DNA from: an uncultured Nitrososphaeraceae archaeon
GTDB lineage: Archaea; Thermoproteota; Nitrososphaeria; Nitrososphaerales; Nitrososphaeraceae
Reading direction: 5' to 3'
DNA: 64,000 nt
Assembly: GCA_963779615.1 (NCBI GenBank)
Contig: CAVZZA010000003.1
Coordinates: forward strand, 1 to 64,000
The first letter of the stretch is position 1. Each line of letters begins with the position of its first letter. Made by a program: the position numbers and the translations under genes. This document shows, piece after piece, positions 45,583-58,378 of this stretch. The notes below the pieces were generated by a model. That model was not told where the DNA came from. It saw nothing but the letters and a program-made list of their open reading frames with translations, and ran no database searches.

Positions 45583-45945
45583 ATGAAAATTTCAGAACTA
45601 TGTAAAATGATAGAAGATACGCTTCATTCTGGAAAATACGCATTTGAAAATGAGCGCCAAAAACTTTTTTCAGGTTCAGCAGAGGTCATTAACAGGTCAA
45701 ATTCTGAAGACTTAAAACACAAAGATATCAAAATAGAGACAAGGGTGCAGAATCTTTATACCCTAAATAACTACGTACCTAATATCCAGCATCTTCCGGG
45801 GGTAATTGAAACGGATGTATTGGATTCTTTTAAAATGTTATGCAGGCGCCTAGAAAGAATCAAAGAGACCGATATTGACACAAGTTCAAAAGATATCAAT
45901 TTTAAGAAGAAAAACCAACACCAGAGCAACAACAAAAGTGATTGA
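45583..45945 (+). CDS. Hypothetical protein
   Basis: 120-aa ATG ORF. Confidence 0.8.
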   Translation: MKISELCKMIEDTLHSGKYAFENERQKLFSGSAEVINRSNSEDLKHKDIKIETRVQNLYTLNNYVPNIQHLPGVIETDVLDSFKMLCRRLERIKETDIDTSSKDINFKKKNQHQSNNKSD

Positions 45946-46300
45946 AGAGATATCTTACATTGATTCAACAATATGCATTTTGAATTGCAAGTACAATCCC
46001 TTTATGGCCAAAATCAATAATGCCAGCAAAAGACAAAAACCATAAACATTCCAATTTTGCGCATAAGAAAATTAATTGTATTGAGGGAAGCATGTTATCA
46101 ATGCTGACAGTCCTTGTATGTTCTTTAAGACGATTAAACCATTCCACAACAAACCAATTGTAATTAATCTGACTCTAGAATAATATACACCAAGATTAAC
46201 TCATCCTGATCAAGTTAATATCATTTAAGGAAATGCCATCATAATGGTGATTATGGAGGGCTCAAAATGAGGTGAGGTACGCATCAACATCACATCACCA

Positions 46301-48130
46301 TTATTTTTTTTCTTTTACGACATTGCTTTTAATACCTTTTGTTGGCACATCAATTTGATTTCTAAATAGTGTTAGTCCTATTCTGCTAGCGTAGGGTTGT
46401 CCTTTTGCAAAGGACTCGGCAATGTTTTTAGTGAATTCAGGTTCAATTTTTGGAGGCATGGGGGGTTCAAATGGATCGACATATGCTTCGACGATTACAG
46501 GTTTTGTTGTTTCTGCCATAGCTGCCTGCATAACCTGCTCGACTTCGCCTGATTCCTTGATTGTATAGCCCTTACCTCCGCAGCTTTCAGCAAATTTTGC
46601 AAAGTCTATCGGAGAAAATTCTACACCGTATTCGGGGTTGCCTAAAAACGCCATTTGTTCCCACCTGATCATTCCCAAAGTATTGTTTTTGAGAATGATT
46701 ACTTTTATAGGCAACCCATATTGGACGGCGGTAGCAAATTCCCCCATAAGCATTGTGAACCCCCCATCGCCAACAAATGCAATACACTGCCTCTTTGGAA
46801 AAGCAATTTTAGCTGCTATCGCATAAGGTAAGCCACAAGCCATGGACGCCAACGTTCCTGACAACGAAAACTTCATTCCTTCTCTCAAGTTTATGAATCT
46901 AGCAGCAAACAATGTATTGGTTCCACTGTCGACTGAAACTATAGATTCATCCTCGAGTTTACTGGAAACTGCTGCGGCAATGGATTGAGGTTTTACCATC
47001 TTCTTGTCACGTTCATTGGTTTTCAAACTACTTTGCTCAGTCAGAAGATCATTCCATTTTTTCATTGCTTGCTGTTTTGATTGAAGGAATTGGGATTGGA
47101 CACTCTCATCATTTTTTTCAAGCAAAAGAGGCAGCAATGCCAAAAGTGTTTTTGCAGAGTCGCCCACAAGGCCCACTTCTACAGGGTAGCGTAATCCAAT
47201 CCTTTCAGGTTTTATATCTATTTGGATGCCACGTACCTTTCCAGGTTTTGGAAGGTACTCAACATAAGGAAAAGACGTTCCTATCATCAATAACGTATCA
47301 GATTCATTCATGGCTTGTAGGCTTGGATAGGTACCAAGCATACCAATTCCACCTAAGCTACTAGGATGGTCATCTGGAATTACAGCCTTGCCCAATAACG
47401 CCTTGATAACCGGAGCTTTTATTTTTTCTGCAATTGACATCACCGACTCGCTTGCGTTAAGCGCCCCCTGACCTACTAGAACTACTACACGGTTTCCAGA
47501 GTTTATGATATCCGCGGCTTTCAATAGCAAGAGATTATCCGGCGTGGTACCAATGTTCACAATTGTATCGGATGTATGGCCAGGCACCTTATGCTTTGAA
47601 TAATTGCCTTCCAGGTTTCTTTCTTGAATGTCGATTGGTATAGTAAGGTGACTTACACCCCTTTGAGCTAATGCTGTTCTGCATGCAATGTCAACAGCCA
47701 TTTCAGCTTGCTCTGGCGCTATTATCATATTATTATAAACCGCCACATCGGCAAACAGCTCCAATTGATTTACATCCTGCTGATAGCCTGAGCCCATCAA
47801 GTCAGAATAGGTCCTTCCAGTTATGGCAATTACAGGAGCATTGTCTAATTTTGCATCATACAAGCCGTTTAGGAGGTGAATGGCGCCAGGACCAGAGGTA
47901 GCGACACATGCCCCTAACTTTCCTGTATATTTTGCATAGGCGCAGGCCATAAATGCAGCAGATTCTTCATGTCGTACCAGAATAAATCTAATCTTGTCTT
48001 GTCTTTTCCGTAAAGCCTCCATAAAACCATTGATTCCGTCTCCAGGTAAACCAAATATAACTTCCACACCCCAATCAATCAGTGTTTCCGCGATTATATC
48101 AGAGGCCCGCATATTTTGATAGTCATTCAT
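46301..48130 (-). CDS. TPP-dependent pyruvate oxidase/dehydrogenase-like enzyme
   Basis: FGLPGDG, VRHEESAAF, TSGPGAIHLLNGLYDA, GDGGF...NN. Confidence 0.93.
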   Translation of the reverse strand: MNDYQNMRASDIIAETLIDWGVEVIFGLPGDGINGFMEALRKRQDKIRFILVRHEESAAFMACAYAKYTGKLGACVATSGPGAIHLLNGLYDAKLDNAPVIAITGRTYSDLMGSGYQQDVNQLELFADVAVYNNMIIAPEQAEMAVDIACRTALAQRGVSHLTIPIDIQERNLEGNYSKHKVPGHTSDTIVNIGTTPDNLLLLKAADIINSGNRVVVLVGQGALNASESVMSIAEKIKAPVIKALLGKAVIPDDHPSSLGGIGMLGTYPSLQAMNESDTLLMIGTSFPYVEYLPKPGKVRGIQIDIKPERIGLRYPVEVGLVGDSAKTLLALLPLLLEKNDESVQSQFLQSKQQAMKKWNDLLTEQSSLKTNERDKKMVKPQSIAAAVSSKLEDESIVSVDSGTNTLFAARFINLREGMKFSLSGTLASMACGLPYAIAAKIAFPKRQCIAFVGDGGFTMLMGEFATAVQYGLPIKVIILKNNTLGMIRWEQMAFLGNPEYGVEFSPIDFAKFAESCGGKGYTIKESGEVEQVMQAAMAETTKPVIVEAYVDPFEPPMPPKIEPEFTKNIAESFAKGQPYASRIGLTLFRNQIDVPTKGIKSNVVKEKK

Positions 48131-49317
48131 TGATGAGGTAAGCTATGGCATCGGAAAATATAAGAGGTTTCAATCACGCGGATTAAAAACAACATGGGAC
48201 GGGTTTCATTTAAAGTTAAAAGTAGGATAACAATTGGTTCTGCTGGATTGGAGGTTTTTCATAATTAAATATTGTTTTATTCATTATTTTCTTGAATAAC
48301 AGAATTGAACATTTTCCTTCAAAGCCACAAACCAACACGATTAAAGGCAATACAATTGCACAACATATAAATATATATTTGTACTACCCTTTTCCTTCAA
48401 ATTTTTATAGAGTCTTTTGCTTTGTCGCATAACTCAAATTTTCGCATTTTTCAGATGTATTAGTTTTATTTCCGCAAGGGGAATAATCGATATTCGTATT
48501 GTGCTGATATGGGCTCTATAAACTGACGAATTTCATGGTTAAGCAACAAAGCATAGTTTTTCCTCTTTTGTTCATCTCTCGATTTCAAAGATCCCGATTT
48601 TTCACTGGTATTACATCACCTCAAACATTCTGTTCTGCGTATCTTATTTTTATATGATTGATTTTAACATGTTTACCACAACAATCAACTAAAAGTACCC
48701 AACCTTCGAAACATTGCCATAAAGGTGTTGCAATACATAGGTAAAAGAGAATGTTTTCACACATGATGCTATCCCAAACAAACATAGCCTATCAAAGTAC
48801 ACCACGATCAATTTTGTTTCATCCCATGGAATGTTTCGATGATTCTATATTTCTATAACCAACAAGATTACATTTTTTCCTAATTAGAGGAAAAATTGTA
48901 ATGTTAAATCTAATTCAAATTCACCACAGGATCAAACTCGTCACTATTCTGGACGAAAAACAAACAATTTGTTATTGTTTGGGGGCTGTTATTGAGATTT
49001 TGTAACCATGTTATCGCAAGGCAAAACTGGGGGATGCCATATAGGTGAATCTTTACAAGAGTCTTTGATGCCAACAATTATTGGTTTTTGGTCTTTACTA
49101 ACATTAAAAAACCGGCACCCGTCATATGTGGCAAAATAATTTACAGAGGGCATGCAATGAAAAAACAAAAAATGGAAACCAAGCCCGCAAAGAATTGATT
49201 GAGATTGTTTTCAGACATTTTATAATTTACAGTATAAATAGCCTCCCTATTCTATAGCATATTTTGCCTTTTAATTCAATTAAACAAATTAAGGTACCCA
49301 TCTAGTAGTATTAGATA

Positions 49318-50241
49318 TTGCTTTTGACCGATATGCTTGAACTGTTTTTATCCACTTTTAGACGCAATGAACAAGATGTTGTTAACCTTTACAACACGTT
49401 TTCAAGGCTAATGCAAATTACAAGTGGTGGAGATATGCTCAATTTTGGATATTGGGACAACGATACTCAAAACCCTTTGCAGGCGCAATATACACTGTCC
49501 AATATGGTTGGAGAATTTGCTTCCCTGAAAACGGCAAGAACATTGATAGATGCTGGAAGTGGATACTCTGCCCCTGCAATTCAATGGAAATCGCAATACG
49601 ATTCTCTTGAAATCATTTGTATAAACATAAACTTAGAGCAACTAAAGACTGCTGCCGTCGGAGCTGCTTCAAAATTTAACAATAAAAAAATGGTGAAGGC
49701 TATTGTATCAGACACGGTTGACAATTCAAGCATTCACAACTTTCTCCATTTAAATGCCACCTCTACAATGTTACCAGTAAAAAGTAAATCAATGGACAGG
49801 GTAATTGCTTTTGAATCTGCTCAACATTTTAAGCCACTAGTACAATTTGTTCAGGAATCAAACAGGGTATTAAGGCAAGAAGGTCTTTTAGTAATGGCAG
49901 TTCCAGTTATAACAGATGGCTCTTTCCTATCGCTACCCCTTTTTGCAAAGCTAGGGATACTCTCGGTTACTTGGGCGTCTGAACACTACAGATTAAAATT
50001 TGTCATATCAATGGTAAAAGCACATGGCTTTCAGATTAAAGATATCAAATACATAGGCTCGAATGTATACGAGCCCCTGGCTAGGTATTATATAGATAAC
50101 AGGGAAAAATTAAAAAACATAATTATTACAGAATACCCAAAGTTTCTTGAAACTATACTCTACAGGTCAATTTTAAAAATGAAGGCCGCCTCTAATCAGG
50201 GGATTATTGAATACATATTATTAAAGGCTGAAAAGACATGA
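49318..50241 (+). CDS. Class I SAM-dependent methyltransferase (sterol/tocopherol MT-like)
   Basis: LNFGYW, IDAGSGYSAP, FESAQHF, RVLRQEG. Confidence 0.9.
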   Translation: MLLTDMLELFLSTFRRNEQDVVNLYNTFSRLMQITSGGDMLNFGYWDNDTQNPLQAQYTLSNMVGEFASLKTARTLIDAGSGYSAPAIQWKSQYDSLEIICININLEQLKTAAVGAASKFNNKKMVKAIVSDTVDNSSIHNFLHLNATSTMLPVKSKSMDRVIAFESAQHFKPLVQFVQESNRVLRQEGLLVMAVPVITDGSFLSLPLFAKLGILSVTWASEHYRLKFVISMVKAHGFQIKDIKYIGSNVYEPLARYYIDNREKLKNIIITEYPKFLETILYRSILKMKAASNQGIIEYILLKAEKT

Positions 50242-50460
50242 ATTGAAGATAAATTATCAAGCATTTTTAAGTTTTCACACACAGAATTTTGTTTAATGCA
50301 TTGGTTTACCCATAATTTACTAAAATAATGCAGTGGTTATTTCTATTCCTTTAATTAATAACACTAAGTTGATACCAGTCGTCTTCAATACCATGCCCTT
50401 TTTTTTAAGTTACCCATATGATAACAATTAGTGAAGGTGGGCTAAACCTTCCAGACATCC

Positions 50461-50757
50461 ATGACAACAAGGACATATCATCCTTTTCATATTTGCAGAA
50501 AATGGCTTGCTATTGAAACAGTAAAGCCACATGCCAATTGTACATTACTAAACAGGCAATGCAAAAGTTTTAACGTTAAGGCAATTGGTGCTTTGTCTGA
50601 CTATACGGATAAAAAAAATGATGAGATACACGGAACAAGATTTGAGAAGGCACTGCTAGAGTCCCTAATGAAGAACATGTCTGTGGAGTCACGGTGTGGT
50701 TGGGTGTTGATGCATTTGTCAAGAGTGGTAAATCTACAGTCCAATTGGAAGGGCTAA
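50461..50757 (+). mobile_element. Possible IS6-family transposase remnant
   Basis: WLAIETV and EKALLESLMK..GW resemble archaeal IS6 motifs; very decayed. Confidence 0.3.
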
Positions 50758-51509
50758 CGATTAACCAGCCTATGATGAATAGGCATTGTTGAAGAAAGTT
50801 TGAAGATAGAACCAAGTCCTCAACTAAAAACAATAATATGAGATCTTGGATTAGTAACGACACACAGGGCGGACGTAATATAGATATTAAAATTTCTCAA
50901 TCCGCTCATGGGCGCAATTTACATCACCACTAATAAAACCTTTTAAATCAAAAGTTCCTTTGATTTACGAGAATTTGTTTATATCTTTAGTATTAATGGT
51001 AGTTCAGACCCCTTTTTCAGCTCGCATCCTACACATTAAATTAATGGAAATCTATTGCAGAACCAATAACACAAATCACCGTCATTTGTAAACATAAAAT
51101 TTTTTAGGTGTTGTCAATTACCAGGCATTTTTGCCAAAAGAAGAATCAAATTGGCGAACAAGTCATTCACATTTTCAGGCAAGGGTACAATGTTTTGTCT
51201 TGTTCTGCCGATATAGAAAAGGTTTTTTTATTATTATCACATTGCCAAGACTTGACTCTACACACTCAACAATTTATAGCGGTTAGTAGCCTACCCCCCA
51301 CCCGTTGAAAATTTTCTTTTGGCGTTTGTTTCATTTGTATCTTTGTGCGCGCCTTCATCATTGAATGCATTCGTTACTTTTCGGTGGAAAAATCAAGTGG
51401 CTAGCTGCTGAAAGGGCCATGGAAAAGAAAGAAATCTGTGAAATTCAAATAGAAAAATGCAACAACAAGCGTTATTAAATGGTGTGTAGTAAAAATACCA
51501 GGCAAAAAC

Positions 51510-52826
51510 TTGAAGTTCATCATCCTTTCATTAATTATTTTAGCCATATTATCTCCGTTAATACTCACCGAGATTCAGCAGGCACGTGGTGCTTACACAA
51601 AAGCAACTCCTGAAGAGAGCGGGCCTACTTTTAAAGATCAATCTCTAAAGGCAATCAAGATAACTGAGGGTTTGGACCATCCCACAAGTATGGCGTTTTT
51701 GGGTCCGGATGACATCCTGGTTTTACAAAAGAATGATGGAACTGTACACAGGGTAGTCAATGGGAAAGTTGTGGCAAAGCCCCTACTACAAGTTGAAGTT
51801 TCCCAAGGAGTAGAATGGGGTATGCTTGGGATTGCAGTAAGTAAGAGTAACAGCACTCAACCAAATAACCCAATTCATGTTTTCTTGTACTACACGCAAG
51901 CTTCTGGAAATGTTGCCCCTGATTCAGAGGATGGCGAAAATGGTGAAGGTAGTGATGTTGACAGCATTTACAGGTATGACTTGGTAGGGGACGCGTTGGT
52001 AAATCCAAAACTACTGTTAAATCTGCCGGCAAATATGCCTTCTGGAGGGCAGGAAAACAATCATGTTGGAGGAAAACTGGAGATTGGCCCTGACAACAAT
52101 CTTTACGTAACCATAGGTGACGTTGGGGGTAGAAATGGCCAGGCACAGAACATGGCAGATGGTGGTCCTCTTGACGGAACGAGCGGCATACTGAGAATGA
52201 CACAGGATGGAAAGCCATTGCCTTTATCCAACAATGGCACATCTTCCCCACAAAACAAACAACCAGAAATAAAGGATTTTTACTATGCATACGGCATACG
52301 AAACAGTTTTGGCTTTGATTTTGACCCTGTTACCAAAAAGTTATGGGATACTGAAAATGGAGGCACCGCCAACGATGAAATCAATTTGGTAGATAAAGGC
52401 TTCAATAGCGGATGGGTAAAGGTACAAGGTCTTGCAGGTCTTGCGGAAGAAGGTTTTAACCCACAGAGCGAGTTAGTTCAATTTCCCAATTCTTATTACC
52501 GTGATCCCGATTTCGTATGGGAGGGAACCATTGGGGTAACATTTTTGCAATTTCTTCAGTCATCAAAGTTAGGTCCGCAATACGCAAATACAATGTTTAT
52601 TGGTGACGTCAATACAGGCAATCTCTATAATTTCCAATTAAACAAAGACAGAAACGGCTTGGCATTGCAGGGAGATTTAGTTGATAGGGTGGCAAATACT
52701 GACGATGATCAAACTCCAATAATACTTGGTAGCGGATTTGGAGTAGTTACCGATATAAAGGAAGGGCCGGATGGCTTTCTTTATGTTTTGAATTATAGCG
52801 GAGAAATTTATAAAATATACAAATGA
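51510..52826 (+). CDS. Secreted PQQ-dependent glucose/sorbosone dehydrogenase family protein
   Basis: GLDHPTSMAF, HVGGKLEIGPD, YGIRNSFGFDFDP, TENG...DEIN. Confidence 0.95.
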   Translation: MKFIILSLIILAILSPLILTEIQQARGAYTKATPEESGPTFKDQSLKAIKITEGLDHPTSMAFLGPDDILVLQKNDGTVHRVVNGKVVAKPLLQVEVSQGVEWGMLGIAVSKSNSTQPNNPIHVFLYYTQASGNVAPDSEDGENGEGSDVDSIYRYDLVGDALVNPKLLLNLPANMPSGGQENNHVGGKLEIGPDNNLYVTIGDVGGRNGQAQNMADGGPLDGTSGILRMTQDGKPLPLSNNGTSSPQNKQPEIKDFYYAYGIRNSFGFDFDPVTKKLWDTENGGTANDEINLVDKGFNSGWVKVQGLAGLAEEGFNPQSELVQFPNSYYRDPDFVWEGTIGVTFLQFLQSSKLGPQYANTMFIGDVNTGNLYNFQLNKDRNGLALQGDLVDRVANTDDDQTPIILGSGFGVVTDIKEGPDGFLYVLNYSGEIYKIYK

Positions 52827-53084
52827 AAAGCATAAACTTTGGGTTCAAAATCAGAATCCAACAGGATATGCTTTTCACCATAACACTGCAATACCTGTTT
52901 GCTTACCCATGGCACCTTTTTATCAAAAAAATACCTGCTGTCGCAATTACACCATTATAACCACAGGTTCTTTACTGTACAATATTTGAAAACTGATACA
53001 TTGCCCATATTAAATCACACCATAAGCGGGCAAGTGCATCTTTTTGTGCGCCCTTTTTCAAACAAAATTCATATTGGCTAGTGA

Positions 53085-53999
53085 TCACGTTAACTTTTTA
53101 CTGTAGATTAGGAATTCTTCACAATTATCAATACAGATGTCATTGAACATAGAGATTAAATCGATAGAATTTTCCACAAAAAGATGGATGTTTTTGATTT
53201 GGTTATGTGCACCCAATGCTTCCATAATTAAATAAACGAAATTAGGATATGTAGAATAATCAAGACAATCAAGGTAGCAGATCTGCAGTAACGGCTCGTT
53301 ACAAAATATATCCTTGTTCCCTATTATATTTATTACAGATAATCCGATAATTTTATCATTCTTGTCCACAATTAGAAAAAGTTTTTCTTTAGATATCAAA
53401 TCATAAACACCATCAAAGGTATTTTTCAGCTTATAGAATTTCCATTCATTAAAATATCGGCCATCCATTTTTGAGTAAACTTCAGAAGTATCCAGATAAT
53501 TTTGTATATGTTTAATGTCGTGGATGTTAGCACATCTAAAAATCAATGAATGACCATTGAATTGCAAAGTTTTCCCTATTTTCATGTTGTAGTATCTACA
53601 AACCGAATTTGCAGAAAACCCATGCCTTTCAAACAGTCTTTTGGAAATTACGTTTTTATTGGATACCAATGCACAAGACTCATCCAATCCCTTTTTAATC
53701 CCATATTTTACCATATACTTTAAAAGATACGTGGCTATTCCCTGATTCCTACAAGTTTCATTTACTCTCAAACCCTCAATCCACAAGACATTATTTGGAC
53801 ATGAACTGATATGAGATACAGCAACAGGACCATAAACCAACGTGCCCGAATTGGGCATGTCTACAACAAGCAATAATCCAGAAGGGTCGGTTACCCATGA
53901 ATCCCAAACTATGTCGATATAGTCCCCCCAAGCAAAAGTGTCTTGGCAAAAATTTAAAACCTTATGCTTGTCGGAAGGTTGTGCTTTGCGAATATGCAA
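53085..53999 (-). CDS. GNAT-family acetyltransferase
   Basis: WGDYI, WIEGLRVNETCRNQGIA, N..S..LFERHGF. Confidence 0.9.
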   Translation of the reverse strand: MHIRKAQPSDKHKVLNFCQDTFAWGDYIDIVWDSWVTDPSGLLLVVDMPNSGTLVYGPVAVSHISSCPNNVLWIEGLRVNETCRNQGIATYLLKYMVKYGIKKGLDESCALVSNKNVISKRLFERHGFSANSVCRYYNMKIGKTLQFNGHSLIFRCANIHDIKHIQNYLDTSEVYSKMDGRYFNEWKFYKLKNTFDGVYDLISKEKLFLIVDKNDKIIGLSVINIIGNKDIFCNEPLLQICYLDCLDYSTYPNFVYLIMEALGAHNQIKNIHLFVENSIDLISMFNDICIDNCEEFLIYSKKLT

Positions 54000-54379
54000 A
54001 TATTTATCTTATTTTCAAGCGCAACATTAAAGCTTTTACGACATAATTTAATTTGTCATTATGAAAATGATTGATTATTGGCCCTTTTCTCCAAAATTCA
54101 GGGCAAGAAACAAAAAAATGAAGAATTTGATTATTGAATCCTCTGGCACAAGGCCAGTAACAATATAATGCCGGTTTGTTATTTTTGATAAAATGGCCAA
54201 TAACCTATGTTAGGTTAACCTGGGTGTGGTTTTCACTTTTATTTTATCTGGTTTTGCACTTCCAGTTGCAACAAAAATATAATACCACGCCCAAAAATAC
54301 AAATTTTTAGGAATGCGGGTAGTTTCTTTATAATATATAGTTATTTAAAGTATATAGAATATAATACATTAGAGCATAA

Positions 54380-54793
54380 ATGGGAGAAATCATAGACAAG
54401 GTTAAAGATAAAGCAAAGGATGTTAAGGATGCAGTTGTAGACACAACAAAAGGCGTCGGAGAAAAAACAAAGGACACATTAACTCCATCATCATCCTCAT
54501 CAGATTCATCATATTCTGACTCACCATCGTCCAATCAAGATGGGAGATATGAAGAGGGTGGCCCAGGTACCGAAATAGGGAGAAAAGATGACCCCTTAAC
54601 AGAATACAGAGATAAAGAAGCAATGACACCTGCAAAAATAAATGCAGGGGAACCTACTGCTGTACGTAGAGATCCTTCAGACCAAAAGATAACAGAAGAA
54701 GGTCAAACAGGAACAGATACTGAACAAGCAAATGAGCAATTACGTAAACGTGGCATGACCAAACTCGATTCTGATTCTTCTAACACATCCTAA
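54380..54793 (+). CDS. Hydrophilin/LEA-like stress protein
   Basis: DKVKDKAKDVKDAV repeats; highly hydrophilic. Confidence 0.75.
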   Translation: MGEIIDKVKDKAKDVKDAVVDTTKGVGEKTKDTLTPSSSSSDSSYSDSPSSNQDGRYEEGGPGTEIGRKDDPLTEYRDKEAMTPAKINAGEPTAVRRDPSDQKITEEGQTGTDTEQANEQLRKRGMTKLDSDSSNTS

Positions 54794-54905
54794 AATATAA
54801 AATCAAATACAAAAAAGAAACAGAATACAAATTATCCCTTTTTTTATTTTTCCAAAACTTTTACCTCATTTTACTATATCAAGGTAATAAGGTTAGCAGT
54901 ACAAC

Positions 54906-55770
<865 letters not shown>

Positions 55771-55944
55771 GATATACCTGAGTCTCAACACTCAAGTATA
55801 AAAATTAACTTGGTTTCAATAAACTAAAACCTATTGCAACATGATTTAAATTATGTTGAATTAAAATGCTTTCAAAACACAGATAAAACATGAGAATCAC
55901 TTAACTATCACTTCTGGATACATTAAATAACTTTGATTTAACTA

Positions 55945-56274
55945 ATGGGTATGAGCGAATACAGAGATAACAATGTAAATTATACCGTAAAGATACTTAG
56001 GAACTCAATAAAATATTATCTACCAAGGGTGGAGGGATACCTTGAGGTTATACGAAACCTGTCTTCAGAATATAGTGGTATGTCACTTATAGAGTTTGAT
56101 GGGTATTTTGAGAAAAAGTTTGAGCCGGTAAAATATGTAAGGGTGGAAGTTCACATAGGCGAAATTGACGAAGGAAAAATAATAGAATTTGCAAATGACA
56201 TAAGAAACACACTTAGACAAAAGAGCCTGGCCATAGAATTTAACAATCAGCTGATGTTGGTAGAAGAAAAATGA
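55945..56274 (+). CDS. Small hypothetical protein, possible PII-like/ferredoxin-like fold
   Basis: 109-aa ORF ending LRQKSLAIEFNN. Confidence 0.75.
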   Translation: MGMSEYRDNNVNYTVKILRNSIKYYLPRVEGYLEVIRNLSSEYSGMSLIEFDGYFEKKFEPVKYVRVEVHIGEIDEGKIIEFANDIRNTLRQKSLAIEFNNQLMLVEEK

Positions 56275-56654
56275 CAATAAACAAAATTTTCAACCTAAGC
56301 AAGACGTCACCAATTAAAAGAATAAAAGGTAATGCTCCCAAGAGATAATGATTGTTACAGATAAACCATGAAACAAAATTAGGTGCTTAACTAATAAATT
56401 TTAATGCGTTGACTACTAGCTAAATGAAGAAGTATTACTCGGATCTAGAGACATGACAGTTTGATACATCACTGGCAAGGATGAAATAACATTTTGAATT
56501 TAGAAAGCACCAACACAATTTGCCTGCAATTATCTTTTTTAGAAACGCAGGATTTATGTGAGGGAGAAGGAATTACAAATTGTTCTCCGATACATACACA
56601 TCTTTTTCTTTTCAGCATGTTGTTCATCTTAGGCAGAGGTAACAATGTAAACTC

Positions 56655-57002
56655 CTATGGTTCTGTCATTTTTTCATTTACTGAATTGACTCTATCTTCT
56701 AGTGTTTCCATTTTATCAAGTCTTTCGTCTATGCGAATCGTTGAAACTATTCGTTTGGCGCCCAAATCCTTTATAGCCTGATGTGCCACCTCAATTGACT
56801 TTAATATGTCCTGGATATTATTGGCCTCTATTTCCGTTCCCATTGCATTTAGATTGACTTTAACCCCCTTGAGTTTTTTAATTGCTTTAAAAGCAAACGC
56901 TATCTCTCTACTTATGCTTGTTTGCATTGCATCAGTTGAATAGTTTTTTCCCAGCGGGATTATGCTGATTTCTGCAACTACTTTAAGATTTTCTAATGCC
57001 AT
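56655..57002 (-). CDS. MTH1187/YkoF-like thiamine-binding protein
   Basis: AEISIIPLG, MGTEIE, RIVSTIRIDER.DK. Confidence 0.9.
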   Translation of the reverse strand: MALENLKVVAEISIIPLGKNYSTDAMQTSISREIAFAFKAIKKLKGVKVNLNAMGTEIEANNIQDILKSIEVAHQAIKDLGAKRIVSTIRIDERLDKMETLEDRVNSVNEKMTEP

Positions 57003-57752
57003 ATTATTACTACTTGTAAAGAATATGTAAATTTAATGTGCATTAAACCTTAAAAACACCTTCTTTTGGATATGGGAGCCGTATACTGCTAAACGGTAAT
57101 TGGATTATGTGCTTATTCCCTTTAATTGATGTTAAATCAATAGATTGTAATTCACACACCCTTCAACTTTAATATTGTATGTTCATTAATTTTAACCATT
57201 TATACATGCAGCATTGGGATGTATCTGCCTGTTTAATATTATTTTTAAGTCCAGCTTTCAAATCAGATTTTTGCTGTTTTGAGGCTATCGACCTTTCAAA
57301 ATACTTCAAGGTCAATAGCTTGGAATATTCCATCTTACAGTCTCAAATCAGTGAATACTCCTTGATCCGAGGATTATCCAATTTTTTGGCAAAACTTTGT
57401 GCTTCGTCCTATTGTACAATCAGTGGATGTTGCCAATCAGATAAACAGCTCAACTATTTGGATTGTAAAGCATGAGAAACCAGATTTAGTACAAATGAAT
57501 ATTGTTTTGGCAACCCAAAATCAACAACACTTATTTTGCCTATCGATTCCATCTCCTTAGATTTTATTTAGGTAGTCGATCAATCAAATTTGTTTCACAT
57601 TCCAATGAACCTATGATTCGTGTTTTTCTACAGATATTCTTCACTATTGCTTCACGAATATGGATTTTCATCCATCTATGAATTGCCCCAATCTTGCAAC
57701 ATGAAAACAAGATCTTCTTATAGTTTTATTCATAATAGCGCATGTGAATTGC

Positions 57753-58106
57753 ATGACAATTATTGCAATTGTTGCATCTATTTTTACTATTATAGCAGGA
57801 TTTTATCATATAATGATGGTTCCTGCCAACAATTTTAACGCCACAATTCTTTTTCTAGTTGGAGGTCTAGCCCAAATTTTTTGGGCAATACCCACTATAA
57901 GAAATTGGGGAAGAAAATGGGATTGTATAGGAATTGCTGGAACTATTGCTTTCATAACCATCTGGGCAATAACAAGGATACCTGATAACCCAATAACTGG
58001 GAGGGGAGGACCAATAGGCCAAAATGCAATCATTATAGAATTATCTCAAATAATGTTTGTTATTCTATTAGTTATCTTAGTTAGTAAAAGAAAAAAATCA
58101 AGATAA
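57753..58106 (+). CDS. Small 4-TM membrane protein
   Basis: AGFYH, GLAQIFWA and WAITR..NPITGRG pattern. Confidence 0.8.
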   Translation: MTIIAIVASIFTIIAGFYHIMMVPANNFNATILFLVGGLAQIFWAIPTIRNWGRKWDCIGIAGTIAFITIWAITRIPDNPITGRGGPIGQNAIIIELSQIMFVILLVILVSKRKKSR

Positions 58107-58153
58107 CCAATGCCATAATCAAGTTTTTATAATAATACAAACGAGTAGCCTTA

Positions 58154-58378
58154 TTGACAAAAGACAAAACAACTCATCAAACAGTATTTACACAAGAACC
58201 AGGTCTTGGGTTAGTGGCTGTTGTTCCTTTTAATTGGGCTCACAGGCCTGTCAGGTTTGAATTTGAAGGTGAAGTGTTTACAACTAATGCAATTGAGAAC
58301 AATGGGAGGGCAGAGGTTCGATTTTCATCTCTATCGGCAGGGGGACCTGTTGAAATTGAACTTTATGAAAACAAGTAA
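58154..58378 (+). CDS. Small beta-rich hypothetical protein
   Basis: 74-aa ORF with compact beta pattern. Confidence 0.7.
   Translation: MTKDKTTHQTVFTQEPGLGLVAVVPFNWAHRPVRFEFEGEVFTTNAIENNGRAEVRFSSLSAGGPVEIELYENK

Noticed and set aside
45965-46147. Possible IS6 C-terminal remnant (EWFNRLKEHT...DNMLP)
   Set aside because: Too short and degenerate to support.
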